A DNA stretch of 64,000 bases from the human T2T-CHM13v2.0 reference genome, Homo sapiens, in assembly GCF_009914755.1 (NCBI RefSeq), contig NC_060929.1. One strand, 5' to 3'. The position numbers were made by a program, and so were the translations under genes. Shown in pieces: positions 55,107 through 64,000 of the stretch. The notes under the pieces were generated by a model. That model ran no database searches. It was not told the DNA's origin and saw only the letters and a program-made list of their open reading frames with translations. Numbering within the stretch: the first letter of the stretch is position 1; each line of letters begins with the position of its first letter.

Positions 55107-57823
55107 GAATTCCCAGTAACTTCCTTGTGTTGTGTACATTCAACTCACAGAGTTGAACGTTCCCTTAGACAGAGCAGATTTGAAACACTCTTTTTGTGCA
55201 ACTGGCAAGTGGAGATTTCAAGCGCTTTAAGGTCAATGGCAGAAAAGGAAATATCTTCGTTTCAAAACTAGACAGAATCATTCCCACAAACTGCGTTGTG
55301 ATGTGTTCGTTCATCTCACAGAGTTTAACCTTTCTTTTCATAGAGCAGTTAGGAAACAGTCTGTTTGTAAATTCTGTAAGTGGATATTCTGACATCTTGT
55401 GGCCTTCGTTGGAAACGGGATTTCTTCATATTCTGCTAGACAGAAGAATTCTCAGAATCTTCCTTGTGTTGTGTGTATTCAACTCACACAGTTGAACGAT
55501 GGTTTACACAGAGCAGATTTGAAACACTCTTTTTGTGGAATTTGCAAGTGGAGATTTCAGCCGCTTTGAGGTCAATGGTAGAAAAGGAAATATCTTCGTA
55601 TAAAAACTAGACAGAATGATTCTCAGAAACTTCTTTGTGATGTGTGCGTTCAACTCACAGAGTTTAACCTTTCTTTTCATAGAGCAGTTAGGAAACACTC
55701 TGTTTGTAAACTCTGCAAGTGGATATTCAGACCTCTTTGAGGCCTTCGTTGGAAACGGGATTTCTTCATACTGTGCTAGACAGAAGAATTCTCAGTAACT
55801 TCCTTGTGTTGTGTGTATTCAACTCACAGAGTTGACCGATCCTTTACACAGAGCAGACTTGTAACACTCTTTTTGTGGAATTTGCAAGTGGAGATTTCAG
55901 CCGCTTTGAAGTCAAAGGTAGAAAAGGGAATATCTTCCTATAAAAACTAGACAGAATGATTCTCAGAAACTCCTTTGTCATGTGTGCGTTCAACTCACAG
56001 AGTTTAACCTTTCTTTTCATAGAGCAGTTAGGAAACACTCTGTTTCTAAAGTCTGCAAGTGGATATTCAGACCTCTTTGAGGCCTTCGTTGGAAACGGGT
56101 TTTTTCATATAAGGCTAGAGAGAAGAATTCCCAGTAACTTCCTTGTGTTGTGTGTGTTCAACTCACAGAGTTGAACTTTCATTTACACAGAGCAGATTTG
56201 AAACACTCTTTTTGTGGAATTTGCAAGTGGAGATTTCAAGCGCTGTGAGGCCAAAGGCAGAAAAGGAAATATCTTCGTATAAAAACTAGACAGAATCATT
56301 CTCAGAAACTGCTCTGCGATGTGTGCGTTCAACTCTCAGAGTTTAACTTTTCTTTTCATTCAGCAGTTTGGAAACACTCTGTTTGTAAAGTCTGCACGTG
56401 GATAATTTGACCACTTAGAGGCCTTCGTTGGAAACGGGTTTTTTTCATGTAAGGCTAGACAGAAGAATTCTCAGTAACTTCCTTGTGTTGTGTGTATTCA
56501 ACTCACACAGTTGAACGATCCTTTACACAGAGCAGACTTGTAACACTCTTTTTGTGGAATTTGCAAGTGGAGATTTCAGCCGCTTTGAAGTCAAAGGTAG
56601 AAAAGGGAATATCTTCCTATAAAAACTAGACAGAATGATTCTCAGAAACTCCTTTGTGATGTGTGCGTTCAACTCACAGAGTTTAACCTTTCTTTTCATA
56701 GAGCAGTTAGGAAACACTCTGTTTCTAAAGTCTGCAAGTGGATATTCAGACCTCTTTGAGGCCTTCGTTGGAAACGGGTTTTTTTCATATAAGGCTAGAG
56801 AGAAGAATTCCCAGTAACTTCCTTGTGTTGTGTGTGTTCAACTCACAGAGTTGAACTTTCATTTACACAGAGCAGATTTGAAACACTCTTTTTTTGGAAT
56901 TTGCAAGTGGAGATTTCAAGCGCTGTGAGGCCAAAGGCAGAAAAGGAAATATCTTCGTATAAAAACTAGACAGAATCATTCTCAGAAACTGCTCTGCGAT
57001 GTGTGCGTTCAACTCTCAGAGTTTAACTTTTCTTTTCATTCAGCAGTTTGGAAACACTCTGTTTGTAAAGTCTGCACGTGGATAATTTGACCACTTAGAG
57101 GCCTTCGTTGGAAACGGGTTTTTTCCTGTAAGGCTAGACAGAAGAATTCTCAGTAACTTCCTTGTGTTGTGTGTATTCAACTCACAGAGTTGAACGATCC
57201 TTTACACAGAGCAGACTTGTAACACTCTTTTTGTGGAATTTGCAAGTGGAGATTTCAGCCGCTTTGAAGTCAAAGGTAGAAAAGGAAATATCTTCCTATA
57301 AAAACTAGACAGAATGATTCTCAGAAACTCCTTTGTGATGTGTGCGTTCAACTCACAGAGTTTAACCTTTCTTTTCATAGAGCAGTTAGGAAACACTCTG
57401 CTTGTAAAGTCTGCAAGTGGATATTCAGCCCTCTTTGAGGCCTTCGTTGGAAACGGGTTTTTTTCATATAAGGCTAGACAGAAGAATTCCCAGTAACTTC
57501 CTTGTGTTGTGTGTGTTCAACTCACAGAGTTGAACTTTGATTTACACAGAGCAGATTTGAAACACTCTTTTTGTGGAATTTGCAAGTGGAGATTTCAAGC
57601 GCTTTGAGGCCAAAGGCAGAAAAGGAAATATCTTCGTATAAAAACTAGACAGAATCATTCTCAGAAACTGCTCTGCGATGTGTGCGTTCAACTCTCAGAG
57701 TTTAACTTTTCTTTTCATTCAGCAGTTTGGAAACACTCTGTTTGTAAAGTCTGCACGTGGATATTTTGACCACTTAGAGGCCTTCGTTGGAAACGGGTTT
57801 TTTTCCTGTAAGGCTAGACAGAA

Positions 57824-60800
57824 GAATTCCCAGTAACTTCCTTGTGTTGTGTACATTCAACTCACAGAGTTGAACGTTCCCTTAGACAGAGCAGATTTGA
57901 AACACTCTTTTTGTGCAATTGGCAAGTGGAGATTTCAAGCGCTTTAAGGTCAATGGCAGAAAAGGAAATATCTTCGTTTCAAAACTAGAGAGAATCATTC
58001 CCAAAAACTGCGTTGTGATGTGTTCGTTCATCTCACAGAGTTTAACCTTTCTTTTCATAGAGCAGTTAGGAAACAGTCTGTTTGTAAATTCTGTAAGTGG
58101 ATATTCTGACATCTTGTGGCCTTCGTTGGAAACGGGATTTCTTCATATTCTGCTAGACAGAAGAATTCTCAGAATCTTCCTTGTGTTGTGTGTATTCAAC
58201 TCACAGAGTTGAACGATGGTTTACACAGAGCAGATTTGAAACACTCTTTTTGTGGAATTTGCAAGTGGAGATTTCAGCCGCTTTGAGGTCAATGGTAGAA
58301 AAGGAAATATCTTCGTATAAAAACTAGACAGAATGATTCTCAGAAACTTCTTTGTGATGTGTGCGTTCAACTCACAGAGTTTAACCTTTCTTTTCATAGA
58401 GCAGTTAGGAAACACTCTGTTTGTAAACTCTGCAAGTGGATATTCAGACCTCTTTGAGGCCTTCGTTGGAAACGGGATTTCTTCATACTGTGCTAGACAG
58501 AAGAATTCTCAGTAACTTCCTTGTGTTGTGTGTATTCAACTCACAGAGTTGACCGATCCTTTACACAGAGCAGACTTGTAACACTCTTTTTGTGGAATTT
58601 GCAAGTGGAGATTTCAGCCGCTTTGAAGTCAAAGGTAGAAAAGGGAATATCTTCCTATAAAAACTAGACAGAATGATTCTCAGAAACTCCTTTGTGATGT
58701 GTGCGTTCAACTCACAGAGTTTAACCTTTCTTTTCATAGAGCAGTTAGGAAACACTCTGTTTCTAAAGTCTGCAAGTGGATATTCAGACCTCTTTGAGGC
58801 CTTCGTTGGAAACGGGTTTTTTTCATATAAGGCTAGAGAGAAGAATTCCCAGTAACTTCCTTGTGTTGTGTGTGTTCAACTCACAGAGTTGAACTTTCAT
58901 TTACACAGAGCAGATTTGAAACACTCTTTTTTTGGAATTTGCAAGTGGAGATTTCAAGCGCTGTGAGGCCAAAGGCAGAAAAGGAAATATCTTCGTATAA
59001 AAACTAGACAGAATCATTCTCAGAAACTGCTCTGCGATGTGTGCGTTCAACTCTCAGAGTATAACTTTTCTTTTCATTCAGCAGTTTGGAAACACTCTGT
59101 TTGTAAAGTCTGCACGTGGATAATTTGACCACTTAGAGGCCTTCGTTGGAAACGGGTTTTTTTCATGTAAGGCTAGACAGAAGAATTCTCAGTAACTTCC
59201 TTGTGTTGTGTGTATTCAACTCACAGAGTTGAACGATCCTTTACACAGAGCAGACTTGTAACACTCTTTTTGTGGAATTTGCAAGTGGAGATTTCAGCCG
59301 CTTTGAAGTCAAAGGTAGAAAAGGAAATATCTTCCTATTAAAACTAGACAGATAGATTCTCAGAAACTCCTTTGTGATGTGTGCGTTCAACTCACAGAGT
59401 TTAACCTTTCTTTTCATGGAGCAGTTAGGAAACACTCTGTTTGTAAAGTCTGCAAGTGGATATTCAGACCTCTTTGAGGCCTTCGTTGGAAACGGGTTTT
59501 TTTCATATAAGGCTAGACAGAAGAATTCCCAGTAACTTCCTTGTGTTGTGTGTGTTCAACTCACAGAGTTGAACTTTCATTTACACAGAGCAGATTTGAA
59601 ACACTCTTTTTGTGGAATTTGCAAGTGGAGATTTCAAGCGCTTTGAGGCCAAAGGCAGAAAAGGAAATATCTTCGTATAAAAACTAGACAGAATCATTCT
59701 CAGAAACTGCTCTGTGATGTGTGCTTTCAACTCTCAGAGTTTAACTTTTCTTTTCATTCAGCAGTTTGGAAACACTCTGTTTGTAAAGTCTGCACGTGGA
59801 TAATTTGACCACTTAGAGGCCTTCGTTGGAAACGGGTTTTTTTCATGTAAGGCTAGACAGAAGAGTTCTCAGTAACTTCCTTGTGTTGTGTGTATTCAAC
59901 TCACACAGTTGAACGATCCTTTACAGAGAGCAGACTTGTAACACTCTTTTTGTGGAATTTGCAAGTGGAGATTTCAGCCGCTTTGAAGTCAAAGTAGAAA
60001 AGGAAATATCTTCCTATAAAAACTAGACAGAATGATTCTCAGAAACTCCTTTGTGATGTGTGCGTTCAACTCACAGAGTTTAACCTTTCTTTTCATAGAG
60101 CAGTTAGGAAACACTCTGTTTGTAAAGTCTGCAAGTGGATATTCAGACCTCTTTGAGGCCTTCGTTGGAAACGGGTTTTTTTCATATAAGGCTAGACAGA
60201 AGAATTCCCAGTAACTTCCTTGGGTTGTGTGTGTTCAACTCACAGAGTTGAACTTTCATTTACACAGAGCAGATTTGAAACACTCTTTTTGTGGAATTTG
60301 CAGGTGGAGATTTCAAGCGCTTTGAGGCCAAAGGCAGAAAAGGAAATATCTTCGTATAAAAACTAGACAGAATCATTCTCAGAAACTGCTCTGCGATGTG
60401 TGCGTTCAACTCTCAGAGTTTAACTTTTCTTTTCATTCAGCAGTTTGGAAACACTCTGTTTGTAAAGTCTGCACGTGGATAATTTGACCACTTAGAGGCC
60501 TTCGTTGGAAACGGGTTTTTTTCATGTAAGGCTAGACAGAAGAATTCTCAGTAACTTCCTTGTGTTGTGTGTATTCAACTCACAGAGTTGAACGATCCTT
60601 TACACAGAGCAGACATGTAACACTCTTTTTCTGGAATTTGCAAGTGGAGATTTCAGCCGCTTTGAAGTCAAAGGTAGAAAAGGAAATATCTTCCTATAAA
60701 AACTAGACAGAATGATTCTCAGAAACTCCTTTGTGATGTGTGCGTTCAACTCACAGAGTTTAACCTTTCTTTTCATAGAGCAGTTAGGAAACACTCTGCT

Positions 60801-62241
60801 TGTAAAGTCTGCAAGTGGATATTCAGACCTCTTTGAGGCCTTCGTTGGAAACGGGATTTCTTCATACTGTGCTAGACAGAAGAATTCTCAGTAACTTCCT
60901 TGTGTTGTGTGTATTCAACTCACAGAGTTGAACGATCCTTTACACAGAGCAGACTTGGAACACTCTTTTTGTGGAATTTGCAAGTGGAGATTTCAGCCGC
61001 GTTGAGGTCAATGGTAGAAAAGGAAATATCTTCGTATAAAAACTAGACAGAATGATTCTCAGAAACTCCTTTGAGATGTGTGTGTTCAACTCACAGAGTT
61101 TAACCTTTCTTTTCATAGAGCAGTTAGGAATCACTCTGTTTGTAAAGTCTGCAAGTGGATATTCAGACCTCTTTGAGGCCTTCGCTGGAAACGGGTTTTT
61201 TTCATATAAGGCTAGACAGAAGAATTCCCAGTAACTTCCTTGTGTTGTGTGTGTTCAACTCACAGAGTTGAACTTTGATTTACACAGAGCAGATTTGAAA
61301 CACTCTTTTTGTGGAATTTGCAAGTGGAGATTTCAAGCGCTTTGAGGCCAAAGGCAGAAAAGGAAATATCTTCGTATAAAAACTAGACAGAATCATTCTC
61401 AGAAACTGCTCTGCGATGTGTGCGTTCAACTCTCAGAGTTTAACTTTGCTTTTCATTCAGCAGTTTGGAAACACTCTGTTTGTAAAGTCTGCACGTGGAT
61501 AATTTGACCACTTAGAGGCCTTCGTTGGAAACGGGTTTTTTTCATGTAAGGCTAGACAGAAGAATTCTCAGTAACTTCCTTGTGTTGTGTGTATTCAACT
61601 CACAGAGTTGAACGATCCTTTACACAGAGCAGACTTGTAACACTCTTTTTGTGGAATTTGCAAGTGGAGATTTCAGCCGCTTTGAAGTCAAAGGTAGAAA
61701 AGGAAATATCTTCCTATAAAAACTAGACAGAATGATTCTCAGAAACTCCTTTGTGATGTGTGCGTTCAACTCACAGAGTTTAACCTTTCTTTTCATAGAG
61801 CAGTTAGGAAACACTCTGCTTGTAAAGTCTGCAAGTGGATATTCAGCCCTCTTTGAGGCCTTCGTTGGAAACGGGTTTTTTTCATATAAGGCTAGACAGA
61901 AGAATTCCCAGTAACTTCCTTGTGTTGTGTGTGTTCAACTCACAGAGTTGAACTTTGATTTACACAGAGCAGATTTGAAACACTCTTTTTGTGGAATTTG
62001 CAAGTGGAGATTTCAAGCGCTTTGAGGCCAAAGGCAGAAAAGGAAATATCTTCGTATAAAAACTAGACAGAATCATTCTCAGAAACTGCTCTGCGATGTG
62101 TGCGTTCAACTCTCAGAGTTTAACTTTTCTTTTCATTCAGCAGTTTGGAAACACTCTGTTTGTAAAGTCTGCACGTGGATATTTTGACCACTTAGAGGCC
62201 TTCGTTGGAAACGGGTTTTTTTCCTGTAAGGCTAGACAGAA
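57824..62241 (+). repeat. 26-monomer HOR variant (4418 bp), copy 2
   Basis: C-dimer spacing 57913 to 62331. Shares private variants with copy 1 at an offset of +7135. Confidence 0.83.
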
Positions 62242-64000
62242 GAATTCCCAGTAACTTCCTTGTGTTGTGTACATTCAACTCACAGAGTTGAACGTTCCCT
62301 TAGACAGAGCAGATTTGAAACACTCTTTTTGTGCAACTGGCAAGTGGAGATTTCAAGCGCTTTAAGGTCAATGGCAGAAAAGGAAATATCTTCGTTTCAA
62401 AACTAGACAGAATCATTCCCACAAACTGCGTTGTGATGTGTTCGTTCATCTCACAGAGTTTAACCTTTCTTTTCATAGAGCAGTTAGGAAACAGTCTGTT
62501 TGTAAATTCTGTAAGTGGATATTCTGACATCTTGTGGCCTTCGTTGGAAACGGGATTTCTTCATATTCTGCTAGACAGAAGAATTCTCAGAATCTTCCTT
62601 GTGTTGTGTGTATTCAACTCACACAGTTGAACGATGGTTTACACAGAGCAGATTTGAAACACTCTTTTTGTGGAATTTGCAAGTGGAGATTTCAGCCGCT
62701 TTGAGGTCAATGGTAGAAAAGGAAATATCTTCGTATAAAAACTAGACAGAATGATTCTCAGAAACTTCTTTGTGATGTGTGCGTTCAACTCACAGAGTTT
62801 AACCTTTCTTTTCATAGAGCAGTTAGGAAACACTCTGTTTGTAAACTCTGCAAGTGGATATTCAGACCTCTTTGAGGCCTTCGTTGGAAACGGGATTTCT
62901 TCATACTGTGCTAGACAGAAGAATTCTCAGTAACTTCCTTGTGTTGTGTGTATTCAACTCACAGAGTTGACCGATCCTTTACACAGAGCAGACTTGTAAC
63001 ACTCTTTTTGTGGAATTTGCAAGTGGAGATTTCAGCCGCTTTGAAGTCAAAGGTAGAAAAGGGAATATCTTCCTATAAAAACTAGACAGAATGATTCTCA
63101 GAAACTCCTTTGTCATGTGTGCGTTCAACTCACAGAGTTTAACCTTTCTTTTCATAGAGCAGTTAGGAAACACTCTGTTTCTAAAGTCTGCAAGTGGATA
63201 TTCAGACCTCTTTGAGGCCTTCGTTGGAAACGGGTTTTTTCATATAAGGCTAGAGAGAAGAATTCCCAGTAACTTCCTTGTGTTGTGTGTGTTCAACTCA
63301 CAGAGTTGAACTTTCATTTACACAGAGCAGATTTGAAACACTCTTTTTGTGGAATTTGCAAGTGGAGATTTCAAGCGCTGTGAGGCCAAAGGCAGAAAAG
63401 GAAATATCTTCGTATAAAAACTAGACAGAATCATTCTCAGAAACTGCTCTGCGATGTGTGCGTTCAACTCTCAGAGTTTAACTTTTCTTTTCATTCAGCA
63501 GTTTGGAAACACTCTGTTTGTAAAGTCTGCACGTGGATAATTTGACCACTTAGAGGCCTTCGTTGGAAACGGGTTTTTTTCATGTAAGGCTAGACAGAAG
63601 AATTCTCAGTAACTTCCTTGTGTTGTGTGTATTCAACTCACACAGTTGAACGATCCTTTACACAGAGCAGACTTGTAACACTCTTTTTGTGGAATTTGCA
63701 AGTGGAGATTTCAGCCGCTTTGAAGTCAAAGGTAGAAAAGGGAATATCTTCCTATAAAAACTAGACAGAATGATTCTCAGAAACTCCTTTGTGATGTGTG
63801 CGTTCAACTCACAGAGTTTAACCTTTCTTTTCATAGAGCAGTTAGGAAACACTCTGTTTCTAAAGTCTGCAAGTGGATATTCAGACCTCTTTGAGGCCTT
63901 CGTTGGAAACGGGTTTTTTTCATATAAGGCTAGAGAGAAGAATTCCCAGTAACTTCCTTGTGTTGTGTGTGTTCAACTCACAGAGTTGAACTTTCATTTA

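Larger units (their letters stand above)
1..64000 (+). repeat. Centromeric alpha satellite higher-order-repeat array, SF1 dimeric (J1/J2) type, S1C1/5/19H1L (D1Z7/D5Z2/D19Z3)-like
   Basis: Seen: continuous head-to-tail ~170 bp monomers with alphoid motifs (CATTCTCAGAAACT, TTCAACTCACAGAGTT, GAAACACTCTTTTTGTGGAATTTGCAAGTGGA). CENP-B box and GAATTC recur about every 340 bp. Established: a 340 bp EcoRI dimer with a CENP-B box in alternate monomers is the SF1 signature. The assignment to chr1/5/19 is from recognition and needs an HMM or BLAST check. Confidence 0.97.
47060..64000 (+). repeat. Tandem macro-repeat of 7135 bp (42 monomers = 16-mer + 26-mer), about 2.4 copies, running off the window end
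   Basis: Private variants recur at exactly +7135. GCAACTGGC marks the C dimers at 48061/55196/62331, TGTCATG the ORFs at 48821/55956/63091, and CTTCGCTGG the boxes at 54045/61180. TATTAAAACTAGACAGATAG lies at 52201/59336. Confidence 0.9.

Noticed and set aside
140-63952. Many recurrent 60-99 aa ORFs on both strands (MILRNSF..., MFPNCSM..., MQLASGD...)
   Set aside because: They are chance translations of the satellite and recur with its period. Several have non-ATG starts, indels and stops break them freely, and none resembles a protein family I recognise.
1-64000. CRISPR-like regularly spaced conserved motifs
   Set aside because: The intervening sequences are themselves repeated, with no unique spacers and no cas genes. 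This is tandem satellite.
1-64000. Possible L1/Alu insertion, inversion or non-satellite island
   Set aside because: None was seen. The monomer phase and strand are continuous throughout, with only 1-4 bp indels.
1-64000. Assignment to a specific chromosome or to the CENP-A kinetochore domain
   Set aside because: The chr1/5/19 arrays share this family and I cannot separate them by eye. Kinetochore position is epigenetic and needs CENP-A and methylation data.

Overview
The entire 64 kb window is one uninterrupted, single-orientation array of primate (human-like) centromeric alpha satellite. Monomers are ~170 bp and pair into ~340 bp A/B dimers, each with a CENP-B box and usually one EcoRI site. 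This is suprachromosomal family 1 (J1/J2) and most resembles the shared chr1/5/19 active array (D1Z7/D5Z2/D19Z3, S1C1/5/19H1L). I see no genes, RNA genes, transposon insertions or inversions, and the ORF track is an artefact of the repeat. I found no new biological system. What is informative is the higher-order structure. Five dimer types (my labels A-E) form variable units of 10, 12, 16, 20 and 26 monomers. There are nested recent duplications (3.4, 5.4 and 2.7 kb, plus a 7135 bp 42-mer macro-repeat), chimeric dimers marking deletion breakpoints, an apparent gene-conversion tract and about 12 inactivated CENP-B boxes. All comparisons were done by eye, so variant counts may be incomplete.
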